A DNA stretch of 64,000 bases. Origin: an uncultured Pseudobdellovibrionaceae bacterium. GTDB lineage: Bacteria > Bdellovibrionota > Bdellovibrionia > Bdellovibrionales > UBA1609. Below the pieces are notes generated by a model. The model was not told the origin of the DNA. It worked only from the letters and a program-made list of their open reading frames with translations, and did no database searches. Within the stretch, counting starts at the first letter, position 1, and each line of letters starts with the position of its first letter. Positions 31,788 to 41,086 of the stretch are shown piece after piece. The translations under genes were made by a program, and so were the position numbers. The DNA lies in NCBI GenBank assembly GCA_964389375.1, contig CAYMDP010000008.1:17985-81984 (forward strand), in the 5' to 3' direction.

Positions 31788-34700
31788 CTAGAACTTAAAT
31801 TTTGGCTGAAGGATGACTCCTTGAGAATCCATTTGGTTTTTGCTTTTCACAAATCCATTTTGTGGAGTCAAAACCAAGAGTGCTTCGTGGCCTTCTCCTT
31901 TAGTGAACTTAAGAAGACCCTGCTGGCCGCCAGCAACGCGGATGACTTCTGGCATTCCGTAAAACGCGGCACCCTTCGGGCTTGGATCGATTTCAGTCCA
32001 GCGCTGAAGTTGATCCTGCAGAAAATCATCAGCTTCGATACCGTCGCTGTCCTGAAGAAGAGTGGCAACTTTTACGGCCAGCTCTCCAGTAGGGCGAAGT
32101 TTCAATGCGGACAACCGAGCCTCGAGGATAGCCACGGTCGAGCCTTGGTAAGCGAGCATCGGAAGCGCGTCTTCAACGGCTTCTCCGAAATTAAATTCCG
32201 CAGGCTTTCCTTCGGCAAGATCCGTTTCGTACTTCTTCCTCAATTCTCTCATCTTATTTGCGTTCAATAGAGCGCTTGCAAAAAGCATCGGCTGTCCATC
32301 TCCGCCGCCGGCAAAGATTCCACCCAGTTCTTGATCGGCAAGATCATCTCCATCCACATCAAACTGTACGGAAACCTCACAATAGTGCCAAGTCGTCATT
32401 GGGTTAAAGAGCTTGATTCCAATTTGTAAAACCGTGGTGTTTTCACCTTCGATATTTTTTTGGATGACTCGGTATCCAGCCGCTTGAAGATCACAATCTC
32501 TGCTGCGGAAGGAATTCTCTTCACCTCCGGTTACCTTGCGTTGATCGGCTCCGATCAAGTTAAACAAGAAGACCTCGCCGGCGTGCTCGGATTGATTGCG
32601 CAGGCTGAGTTCGGCCGCAGCATCGCTTCCGTCCTCAGGGCCACTTGCAAAAACATTTAGATCAGTGGCCTGGATTTTGGACAAGCGAGAAGCCAGAGCT
32701 AAAACGGGAAGCCTTGCGACTTCGACTTTTCCGGACTTAAGAAATACAAAGCCATCAATTTCTTGAAAGGGCTGGTCACTGTCCGGAACAGTTAACAAAA
32801 TGTCTAGGCTTAGGTTCTTTATCTCTCCGGGTTGAAGAGTTAGAGTCGGTGTGCCGGAGATATGTAAATTTGGATGACTTGAGCTATCCAAACTTAAAGT
32901 TAAGACTTGTTGAGAAATGTTCTTCACGCCAACGACTTTTCGGATCAACTTTTTGGTGTTGAGCTGTTGCAAACCCAATGACAAGCCGACTTCACTTAAG
33001 ACCACTGGAGTCGTTGCAGCTTTAAAAGTTTGAACGCGACCAGCGCCTTGTCGGCTGACCGGATAAAGCTTTCCGTCTTTTTCGTGGATGGATTTTGCAC
33101 TATTCATCAACATCGACTTCAGTTCGTGAGAGTTCAGGTCTCGGCGGTACTGCTTTAACAAAGCCATAACTCCAGCCACGTGAGGGCCTGACATTGAAGT
33201 TCCGCTAAGGGCGACGCCTTTGTTTCCGCTTCCCATCATCGCTGAAATGATATTGTTTCCAGGGCCAGTGATCTCAGGCTTAATCAATGCATCTTGTGAG
33301 CGTGGCCCTTTGGACGAAAAGTCCGTCAGTGTATCAATAAGCTCTGGCTCTTCGATCAGTTCACCTGTTGTCAGGTTCACAGTGACGGGGCCCGCAAGAA
33401 GGTCTTCTTTGATGGCTTGACCAAGATCCTGAGTGATCATGCTGGCCGGAATCTGTGCAGTTCCATCTCCACCCATTGGAAAGGCATCGCCGGGCTGATT
33501 ATTAGCGACGATGGCGCCGATAGCCCCGCTGCTTTCTGCACGCTTTAATTTTTCAACGAAGGGATTCACTCCGCGGTCGATTAAAGCGATGTTTCCTTTT
33601 AATTCTTTTTTCAAAACATCTGAGAGTTCTTTATCCGCAAGGCCAATGTACACCAATTTACCTTCTACATTTGAAGATTCGGCAATCGGCTTTGAAGCCG
33701 GGCCTTCAACGGCTTTCACCATCAAAGAGGGATGTTTTGCGCTTGAGAATCGAATGGCCCCAAAGCGCCAGTTGCGAGGCATATCGTCGATCGCAGCGGC
33801 GACAGAGATCGCTTCGTTCGAAGTTGAAGGGGCGCCGACAATAAAGTCTTCGGCTCCAGAGTTTCCAGCAGAAGCGACAACGACCGTTCCTCCTTCAGAG
33901 AGATTTTTTACGGCCTCTTGGTAAAGGATCTGAGGCTGTCCGAAGTTTCCACCTAAAGATAAGTTCACAACCTCAAGTTGGTCTGCAAGGTCTAAATCTC
34001 CATTTGGGTCAGCGGCATATTCAAGACCGGCGATCACTACGATGTCACTGGTTGAGCCTCCAGCGCCGAAAACCTTAATCGCATGAAGCTTGGCTTGAGG
34101 GGCCACTCCAGAGTAGGTGCCAATGCCATCGCCAATTCCAGCGACCGAGCCTGCAACGTGAGTCCCGTGGCCGGACTCATCAATTGGATTAGCGTCAGGT
34201 TTCGGCACAGTTTCTTCGAAGTTTTCAGATGCAGAATTAAAAGCAGAGCCGGTCAAGTCAATCCCGCCAACCACCTTTTGGTTGGGGAAAAGTTCGGAGG
34301 CCTCAGATGGATTGATTTTCTCAAATAGACCCGCGTCTCCGGGGCCGCCCATCATTGTATGAGTGTAATCAATCCCAGTATCTAAGATGCCGACCTGGGT
34401 TCCGGTTCCATCAACAGGGACCTGTTCGCCATCTTTGTTTAAGGCAAATAGTTCACGATGAACTTGATCCGCTCCAATAAAAGAGACGGAATTGTTTTTG
34501 CTAAGATCTTGATTTGAAGTGGCCTTCAGATTTGAGGTCTGAACCTGAGGGCGAGCAAATGATGTCGATGATTCAAAGCTTCGAACCGAAGGAAGGTTCG
34601 GGATTTGATTTTTTACCGATTCTGGAACAACAAGTGCTAGTCCATTTAAAATCATTTTGTAGCGAAACACGATTCGAATTTCTGGTGAAATGCTTTGAAG

Positions 34701-34991
34701 CTGGCGTATGACTTCGGCCTGCTCTAACTCTATGGCGGCTTTTGCTTCATCCGGGATCAAGCGATCTCCGTTTGGTAAGTGCACAGCCTGAGACAGTAAG
34801 GCGGGCTGAGAGAGTTTTACGATCGCCAAAAACTTATCGCGGTTTTGTGGACGGTCACTGATGAGGGCCTCGTCTCCTGAAGAGGTCGTCGCCGGGTGAC
34901 GGCTTTGGCTTGATTCAAGAAAATTCGAGCAAGCCATTAAGCTCGAATTCAATACAACGACAGCGACCAGTGGAAGGTACTTCCCCAACAT
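31788..34991 (-). CDS. Large subtilisin-family (S8) serine protease lipoprotein with an inserted PA domain
   Basis: Lipobox LMAC. Catalytic motifs VGILDTGIDYTH, GHGTHVAGS and SGTSMSGPHVAG. A PA-like insert is present (GNIALIDRGVNPFVEKLKRAESSGAIGAIVANN). Confidence 0.9.
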   Translation of the reverse strand: MLGKYLPLVAVVVLNSSLMACSNFLESSQSRHPATTSSGDEALISDRPQNRDKFLAIVKLSQPALLSQAVHLPNGDRLIPDEAKAAIELEQAEVIRQLQSISPEIRIVFRYKMILNGLALVVPESVKNQIPNLPSVRSFESSTSFARPQVQTSNLKATSNQDLSKNNSVSFIGADQVHRELFALNKDGEQVPVDGTGTQVGILDTGIDYTHTMMGGPGDAGLFEKINPSEASELFPNQKVVGGIDLTGSAFNSASENFEETVPKPDANPIDESGHGTHVAGSVAGIGDGIGTYSGVAPQAKLHAIKVFGAGGSTSDIVVIAGLEYAADPNGDLDLADQLEVVNLSLGGNFGQPQILYQEAVKNLSEGGTVVVASAGNSGAEDFIVGAPSTSNEAISVAAAIDDMPRNWRFGAIRFSSAKHPSLMVKAVEGPASKPIAESSNVEGKLVYIGLADKELSDVLKKELKGNIALIDRGVNPFVEKLKRAESSGAIGAIVANNQPGDAFPMGGDGTAQIPASMITQDLGQAIKEDLLAGPVTVNLTTGELIEEPELIDTLTDFSSKGPRSQDALIKPEITGPGNNIISAMMGSGNKGVALSGTSMSGPHVAGVMALLKQYRRDLNSHELKSMLMNSAKSIHEKDGKLYPVSRQGAGRVQTFKAATTPVVLSEVGLSLGLQQLNTKKLIRKVVGVKNISQQVLTLSLDSSSHPNLHISGTPTLTLQPGEIKNLSLDILLTVPDSDQPFQEIDGFVFLKSGKVEVARLPVLALASRLSKIQATDLNVFASGPEDGSDAAAELSLRNQSEHAGEVFLFNLIGADQRKVTGGEENSFRSRDCDLQAAGYRVIQKNIEGENTTVLQIGIKLFNPMTTWHYCEVSVQFDVDGDDLADQELGGIFAGGGDGQPMLFASALLNANKMRELRKKYETDLAEGKPAEFNFGEAVEDALPMLAYQGSTVAILEARLSALKLRPTGELAVKVATLLQDSDGIEADDFLQDQLQRWTEIDPSPKGAAFYGMPEVIRVAGGQQGLLKFTKGEGHEALLVLTPQNGFVKSKNQMDSQGVILQPKFKF

Positions 34992-35330
34992 AAAATCCCC
35001 CTTTAACGAACATCCCGAGCGAGACCTTAGTTGAGGGGTCCGAGCCTTGTAAAATTAATATTGTAAATAACACCCATAGAAATTTAATATGGCTGAGTCT
35101 GACAGAAATTGGGGCAGGGTAAAGCAGCATGCCCTTCCTGCGCAAAGACTAAATTTTTAATAAATTCAATTACTTATACGGTCCCCTCGGATGGCCTGAG
35201 AAATCCACCTCGAGGAAAGCTTAGTTTTAAGCTTAAGCAGAGGGCAGATTTCTATAGAATGTTTACATCCCGTATCAAAACTGAGATTGTAATTAACGGA
35301 CCGCAAAATGAATTAATTAGGGAGATTCTG

Positions 35331-36155
35331 ATGTTTAAGACTGTAATTGCGACAAGCCTCTTACTGCTGACTTTGCTTTTGAATTCGACTGCGACGCAAG
35401 CTCAGTCTTTGGGCTTTGATAATGTCAGTGAGGATGACCTTAAAAAAATTGTTTCCGATCTGTCTTCAAATTTTACCCACACATCTGTGTCCGGTGCGGG
35501 AGCACTAGGTACAATCTTTGGGTTTGAATTAGGAGTTGTGGGTGGAATGACCAGCACTTCGGAGTTGGATAAACTTGTTAAAAGTTATGATGCGAGTGCA
35601 AGTGCCGATCAGGCGATTCATGGTGGGATTTTAGGTATGTTGTCCGTTCCCCTTGGACTGACTGCAGAGGCCCTGTTTGTTCCAGCAGTTGGATCTGAGG
35701 ACTTCAAGTTTAACACTCTCAGTTTAGCTCTAAAGTGGACGATGACTGATACGGTTTTAAGTGGTTTGCCAGTTGATCTTGCGGTGAAATTTCATATGAA
35801 TCAAACCGGATTAAAGTTTAAACAAGTGATCTCTCCGGATCCATATGAAACAGAATTGGAGTTTAAGAATCAAATTTTGGGGGCGCAGCTTCTTGTTAGT
35901 AAGAGTCTAGTTCTGGTGACACCCTATGCTGGACTTGGAATGCTTCAATCCGAAGGGGAGTTGTCCTTCTCGGGCTCTTCGGGAAATATCTTTGATTCGA
36001 CCTATACGACCTCGACTTCTGCAAAGGTCAAAGCCTCCAGTAGTCAGTTTTTAGCTGGAGTTGAATTGAATCTGCTCCTTCTTAAAGCAGGCCTTGAGAT
36101 CTCGAGACAGTTTTCTGCAGATCGGATCACCGGAAAGATCGCTTTCTCATTCTAA
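35331..36155 (+). CDS. Putative outer-membrane beta-barrel protein
   Basis: Signal peptide MFKTVIATSLLLLTLLLNSTATQAQS, AGGGAG SD, alternating-hydrophobic strands, and C-terminal ...GKIAFSF ending in Phe. Confidence 0.5.
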   Translation: MFKTVIATSLLLLTLLLNSTATQAQSLGFDNVSEDDLKKIVSDLSSNFTHTSVSGAGALGTIFGFELGVVGGMTSTSELDKLVKSYDASASADQAIHGGILGMLSVPLGLTAEALFVPAVGSEDFKFNTLSLALKWTMTDTVLSGLPVDLAVKFHMNQTGLKFKQVISPDPYETELEFKNQILGAQLLVSKSLVLVTPYAGLGMLQSEGELSFSGSSGNIFDSTYTTSTSAKVKASSSQFLAGVELNLLLLKAGLEISRQFSADRITGKIAFSF

Positions 36156-36217
36156 AGAGGGTCGATTGAGGGTCTTCGCTCTTGTCCATGGGGCCGAATC
36201 TGTGAGAGGATAAGAGT

Positions 36218-37015
36218 GTGAATACCCAAGAACAAAGCCAAAATAAAAAGACCGAACTTGAAAGCGAAATTTCTAGGCTTGAGGCCCTGGCTGAACCCAC
36301 ACCGGAAGATGTCGAAAAAGTTGAAAAGCTAAAAGACCAGCTTGCAGAAATTCAAGCCATAGATTTGACTGTCGCAGAATCTTCAGGGGTTCACTTTCGC
36401 TCGCTGACTGAAATCGAGTTAAAACGTTTGGCCGAATTCGCCGCTCGTTCCCCAGGTTTTGCTAAGCTAAAGGTCGAAGAAAAAGTGGATCGATTGGCAT
36501 TGGCAGTCACTCAAGGCTTTGGATTTGGGTCTTTTAATGCAAACCTCTTGGGCCAAGGTGCTAAAGCCTTTTCGATTCCCGAGGATTTTCCTTTTGAAAA
36601 TTATCTTGAGAGTTCGACTTATGGATCGGGAGATCAAAAACATAAATATTCTGATGTTGGACAAAAAAGTTTTAAAATTGATCGTCTGTACTTAGCCGAA
36701 CTTTTGGGATCGGGTCCAGAGCCGCAAGCTCAGGCTGAAGAACCCATTCGAAAAAAAGTACAAGCCAGTCACCCAAGCCCTCAGCCTGTAGTTTCTAAGG
36801 CCGCGGTGAAAGCGGCTCCAGTTAGAACTGCGGCTGCTCCAAAGTCTCAAGCCTCTGTACCCGCACAAAAACCAAAGATTCAAGAGGGGCCTAAACCACT
36901 GGCTTCCAAAGTAGAAGGGTCGAATGTAGAAAGGGCCAAAAAACCTTGGCTGATTCCGGCTGTAGCAATTGGAGTCGTCGCGGTATTAAGCGCACTGTTT
37001 TTTGTCTTAGCTTAA
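36218..37015 (+). CDS. Hypothetical tail-anchored protein (coiled-coil N-terminus, Pro/Ala/Lys-rich linker, single C-terminal TM)
   Basis: No signal peptide. The C-terminal WLIPAVAIGVVAVLSALFFVLA is the only hydrophobic helix. Confidence 0.5.
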   Translation: MNTQEQSQNKKTELESEISRLEALAEPTPEDVEKVEKLKDQLAEIQAIDLTVAESSGVHFRSLTEIELKRLAEFAARSPGFAKLKVEEKVDRLALAVTQGFGFGSFNANLLGQGAKAFSIPEDFPFENYLESSTYGSGDQKHKYSDVGQKSFKIDRLYLAELLGSGPEPQAQAEEPIRKKVQASHPSPQPVVSKAAVKAAPVRTAAAPKSQASVPAQKPKIQEGPKPLASKVEGSNVERAKKPWLIPAVAIGVVAVLSALFFVLA

Positions 37016-37395
37016 GAATCCCGAAAACAAGATTTGTGAACGAAGCTATTTTCAGATTGTTGTTCGATCCGAAACCACTCTCCACCATTGTCCCGAGTCG
37101 GAAGGCGTTCTCCGGAGCTTGTTCGTCTTAATATTTCGGCCTGATCATTTGGCGCTTTGCGGACGGGGCATTCGCCCACAACCGATCGAAGTCCTGCAGT
37201 CAAGGTCAGCTCTTTCATCGTTGCAAGCTTTCTATCGCTTTCGCTAAAGTCGTCTTCGAAGTTTTGATTCTGTAATGAATAAGTTCGTTTAGAACTTTTA
37301 TACCAATCCGCATTTTTATAATCGTACTTATTTGAGCTTGAGCAGGCGATTTGAAAGTGACTCAATATAAGACAAGTAGCTAAAAGACTTCGCAT
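37012..37395 (-). CDS. Lipoprotein with a bacterial SH3-like domain
   Basis: MRSLLATCLILSHFQIAC lipobox, GGAGGA SD, and C-terminal VRKAPNDQAEILRRTSSGERLPTRDNGGEWFRIE (SH3b-like). Confidence 0.5.
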   Translation of the reverse strand: MRSLLATCLILSHFQIACSSSNKYDYKNADWYKSSKRTYSLQNQNFEDDFSESDRKLATMKELTLTAGLRSVVGECPVRKAPNDQAEILRRTSSGERLPTRDNGGEWFRIEQQSENSFVHKSCFRDS

Positions 37396-37613
37396 AAACG
37401 TCCTCCACGAATTTTGGCTATGTTTGATTATTCGTCGATTCACTTCACTTTGCCATGAGATGTTGGTCTGTTTTACACTTTGAGACAAATTCCTTCGTTT
37501 CAATTTGAGTAAATGAAAGACAATGCCTTAGGGCCGCAGCTTTTGCTTAAGACTTATTCAATTTTTTAGAGATTCTAAATGGCCTTGGAAGTATCGCGAA
37601 ATGAGAAGGCAGC

Positions 37614-38090
37614 CTAGTAGCACTTATAATCGAGGGTGCCCCCGATATGATCTCCCGCTTTAAAGACATAGTGAGCCTGGGAGAAGTCGTTCTTTAGGAT
37701 AAAGCTGCCCCACATCCCCCCGCCATCGTGGCTATTGGATTTGGCTGAGTTAAATTGGGCGAACTGAATATGGTCCAAATAGATTCTTGGTCGATAGTTC
37801 TTATTCTGAAGGATTTCTTTAAACTGAAACAGAGAGTAATAGCCTTCGGCAAGTTGATCGAGGTGGGGTTGGGTCAAATAGACGTGGCCGATCAAATTGC
37901 GCAAAGATTTTTCCTGAGCCTGCTGAAAGATGTCGAATTCAATTCGAGAGTGAACTTCACTGGTCATATTGGCGCGGACCGAATCCGCGATGCAAACTTT
38001 GCTGGCAATTCGCCGGGCTCTTTGGTCCGAATTTGCGAATGAACTATGAACAAGCCCGAGAAGAATTATGCAGAGCGACAAACGTTTCAT
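37614..38090 (-). CDS. Small secreted protein of unknown function
   Basis: Signal peptide MKRLSLCIILLGLVHSSFA. 158 aa. No recognisable motif. Confidence 0.5.
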   Translation of the reverse strand: MKRLSLCIILLGLVHSSFANSDQRARRIASKVCIADSVRANMTSEVHSRIEFDIFQQAQEKSLRNLIGHVYLTQPHLDQLAEGYYSLFQFKEILQNKNYRPRIYLDHIQFAQFNSAKSNSHDGGGMWGSFILKNDFSQAHYVFKAGDHIGGTLDYKCY

Positions 38091-38391
38091 GTCTTAATCC
38101 CTCGATTGAAGTTGACTGGGTATTTAGAGTTGAAGATCCAAAAGTGCAAGTCAGGATCGGAGAGTTTTTTTTAAAGTAAAAGCGCGCTCAGATATGACGC
38201 GCTTTGCATATGAATTGTTTTTAAAGCTGCTGTGAAAGCTCGTAAATATTACTGAAAGCATTTCCAATGGGAGCCATTAGAACCCGTTTTAGTATTTGAA
38301 ATAACTTAGAAAAATAGACCTCTTCCTTCTGGTTCCAAAGTGGAACGTGTCTTGCTCAATCAGAGACTCAAAACTCGGGAGGGTCGACAAG

Positions 38392-39147
38392 ATGAAGGGG
38401 ATAACGGGGATACTTTTAGGAAGTTTACTTGCTGCGCAAAGTGCCTTTGGCCAAGTCGCAACAAACTACAATATTCAGTCGAACTCGGCTGGAGCGACAT
38501 CAGAAATCGTCAATAGCAACCAGTCCCAAGATAAGATCTTGAGTGGTTTTTTACTGGAAAAACTAAAGCCCATCCTGATGAAGAATCCTTACGTAGCGGG
38601 AGTTGACTTTGCCCCAGGCGCCGTAAAAGACGAGCTTGGCAGTTCGTGGACGGACTATAATTCGAAGAATCGAGTCTCCCATGTTTTTGTGCAACTTAGT
38701 TTGCCGACCCGTGTGGGGATGATGTTTGAAGTGACGGAATCCTACCGGGTGTGTAAGCCGCCTGCTGCCGGGGCAGTTGTGGTTTATGATGAAAGCTCTG
38801 GAGCGCAAATCGGGGGCGGGGGAGATTGTGCCCTAGAGTCAGACCTTAAAGTTCGCGGTCCGATTGCTGTCTATGGAAGCTTTTCGAGTGCCGAGAATGT
38901 CGACGCGCTTTTAAGAGATAAGCAAACCTTTCGCATAAGTGCTTCAAAATCCTATGACAAAAAAAATCTGGAGGTGACGAGTCGTCTGACTTTGGAGTCG
39001 AACCTCTTCGAGAAAAATTTCGTGAAGTTTTTAAAGATCTTCAGAGTTCAGACCGCTGAAAACTTTGAGCAGTTCGTTTCTCGTCAGGTGTTCTTAGTTG
39101 GAGTGGCGCGCTTAGAAAGACAGATCAATGAGGAGTTATTGCGATGA
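38392..39147 (+). CDS. Secreted protein of unknown function, first gene of the subtilase operon
   Basis: Signal peptide MKGITGILLGSLLAAQSAFG and GGGAGG SD. The stop overlaps the start of the next gene (ATGA, 39144-39147). Confidence 0.5.
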   Translation: MKGITGILLGSLLAAQSAFGQVATNYNIQSNSAGATSEIVNSNQSQDKILSGFLLEKLKPILMKNPYVAGVDFAPGAVKDELGSSWTDYNSKNRVSHVFVQLSLPTRVGMMFEVTESYRVCKPPAAGAVVVYDESSGAQIGGGGDCALESDLKVRGPIAVYGSFSSAENVDALLRDKQTFRISASKSYDKKNLEVTSRLTLESNLFEKNFVKFLKIFRVQTAENFEQFVSRQVFLVGVARLERQINEELLR

Positions 39148-41075
39148 TGGCAAAATTAAGCTTAAGTTTAGTGGTCCTTCTCCTTCTTGGAGCCTGCACC
39201 AAGCAAGCCCCCGAACAAAAGGCTGCGGCACATAAATCTTCTGATGTTGTAGAAAACGAAATGGTCGTCAAGGGGGACAAACAAGCGATCGAGTCGGTTT
39301 TGGCAAAGGCGGGAAGCTCTGCAGATCTTTACGCATTGATTCCAGGCCAGGATATCTATCAGGTCCGAATCCATTCTAAAAAATGGGACATGGACCAAGC
39401 TTTAGCCGAGCTTAACAAGACAGCGGGTGTTGAGTATGCCGAGCCGAATTTTCGGGTTCACTTGGTTTCAAATTTAAATCTTCACGAGTGGCCCAAAGAT
39501 CAAATGTTCTTTAAGCAATGGGCGCTGAATAACGTTGGACAAAGTCCTCCCTTCGGGATTCCCGGAGAGCGTGGGGCGGATATGGATGTCATGAAGGTTT
39601 GGCAGACGGTCACAAAAGGTTCGGACCAAGTCGTCGTGGCTGTTATCGATACAGGCGTTGATTATTCACATCCCGACTTAAAAGACAATATGTGGATCAA
39701 CGAAAAGGAATCCCCACTTCACGGCGGACTTCCTGGAGTTGATGACGACAAAAACGGCTATTATGATGACGTTTACGGATATGACTTCACCTCAATGGAT
39801 CGCAAGGCACTTCACTACGGGCAACTTGGTGATCCTGATCCAATGGATGAAGATGGACACGGGACCCACTGCGCCGGAAGTATAGGGGCGACTGCCAATA
39901 ATGACCGTGGAATCACGGGTCTAAATTGGAATGTTCAAATCATGGCTTTAAAAGGATTGTCTGGAGCAGGGGGAAGCTCTGCCGATCTTGCACGTGCGAT
40001 TTATTACGCGGCAAACAAGAATGTCGACATTATGTCGAACTCCTGGGGGGGAGGGAACGAGTCTCAGCTCATAAAAGGGGCCATTGCTGAGGCTCAAAAG
40101 AAGGGCATCTTGTTTGTCGCGGCTTCCGGAAATGACGGAAAAAATAACGACGTCGAAAAGAGCTATCCTGCAGGCTACAAGACAGATCACAAAAATCAGC
40201 CTTTAGAAAATATCTTAAGTGTCGGAGCGAGCGACAATCAAGACAACGCGGCGGATTTTTCGAACTACGGACATCAAAGTGTTCACGTCTTTGCGCCTGG
40301 GGTTGAGATCATCAGCACATATCCAGTTGCTAAGACTCCGGAAGGACGTCAACCCTATGCAGTGATGTCTGGGACTTCGATGGCCACGCCCTATGTTTCG
40401 GGAATTGCGGCTTTGATGCTTGCAGCTGACCCCAGTCTTAAAAAGCGTCCGGACTTGATGAAGCAAATCTTAATTCAGTCTTCGGACCAAAAGCCTGGTC
40501 TTTTAGGAAAAAGTGAATCCAATGGTCGGGTGAATGCCTATAAGGCCGTGACGATGAAAGCCTCTGGACAAAGTGCAAAACCGCAATGGATCGAAAAGAG
40601 TCTTTCGATCAACCAGCGTGGATACACTCAAGAGCTTGTCGACATTCAAAAAGAAATCTCAATTCCTGAAGCGAAAGCGATTCGCGTTCACTTTGATTTT
40701 GTTCAGATTCAAGAGCCCTTCGATAGCCTTTACATCTACGATCAAAATCATCGCTTGATTTCTAAAGTTGAAAGCACTGAAGACCTAGATCATTGGTCTG
40801 CAGCGATTCCAGGAAACAAAGTCTATGTGCGCTTTGTGAACTCTAAGGTTCGGCAGTTCACTGCCGGTCTTCAGCTGACAGAATCTAGCGAAAGTTCATG
40901 CCTAACTAAGGGAGCCCTAGAGGTTGTGCAGATGGGCGCTGATAAATTCAGTTGTTCTATTGATGCGCCGACGTCGACCGGTTCTGGAGAAACGATTTAC
41001 AACAACTTTGGATCTCAGGGTTACAGTATCGACCGAGTGGCTTACCTTTTAGATGATAAAGCGAAGAAAGAATAG
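39144..41075 (+). CDS. Subtilisin-family (S8) serine protease lipoprotein with a C-terminal CUB-like beta-sandwich
   Basis: Lipobox LLGAC. Complete catalytic set: VAVIDTGVDYSHPDL, DGHGTHCAGS, ASGNDG and SGTSMATPYVSG. Confidence 0.9.
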   Translation: MMAKLSLSLVVLLLLGACTKQAPEQKAAAHKSSDVVENEMVVKGDKQAIESVLAKAGSSADLYALIPGQDIYQVRIHSKKWDMDQALAELNKTAGVEYAEPNFRVHLVSNLNLHEWPKDQMFFKQWALNNVGQSPPFGIPGERGADMDVMKVWQTVTKGSDQVVVAVIDTGVDYSHPDLKDNMWINEKESPLHGGLPGVDDDKNGYYDDVYGYDFTSMDRKALHYGQLGDPDPMDEDGHGTHCAGSIGATANNDRGITGLNWNVQIMALKGLSGAGGSSADLARAIYYAANKNVDIMSNSWGGGNESQLIKGAIAEAQKKGILFVAASGNDGKNNDVEKSYPAGYKTDHKNQPLENILSVGASDNQDNAADFSNYGHQSVHVFAPGVEIISTYPVAKTPEGRQPYAVMSGTSMATPYVSGIAALMLAADPSLKKRPDLMKQILIQSSDQKPGLLGKSESNGRVNAYKAVTMKASGQSAKPQWIEKSLSINQRGYTQELVDIQKEISIPEAKAIRVHFDFVQIQEPFDSLYIYDQNHRLISKVESTEDLDHWSAAIPGNKVYVRFVNSKVRQFTAGLQLTESSESSCLTKGALEVVQMGADKFSCSIDAPTSTGSGETIYNNFGSQGYSIDRVAYLLDDKAKKE

Positions 41076-41086
41076 TGGGGACGAAT

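Noticed and set aside
35109-35330. 74-codon N-terminal extension of the OMP-like ORF; also the extensions at 17397-17495, 30295-30351, 38347-38391, 53415-53465 and 37396-37503
   Set aside because: In each case an internal ATG, preceded by a good SD, starts a canonical signal peptide, lipobox or cofactor motif. The extensions begin with weak alternative starts.
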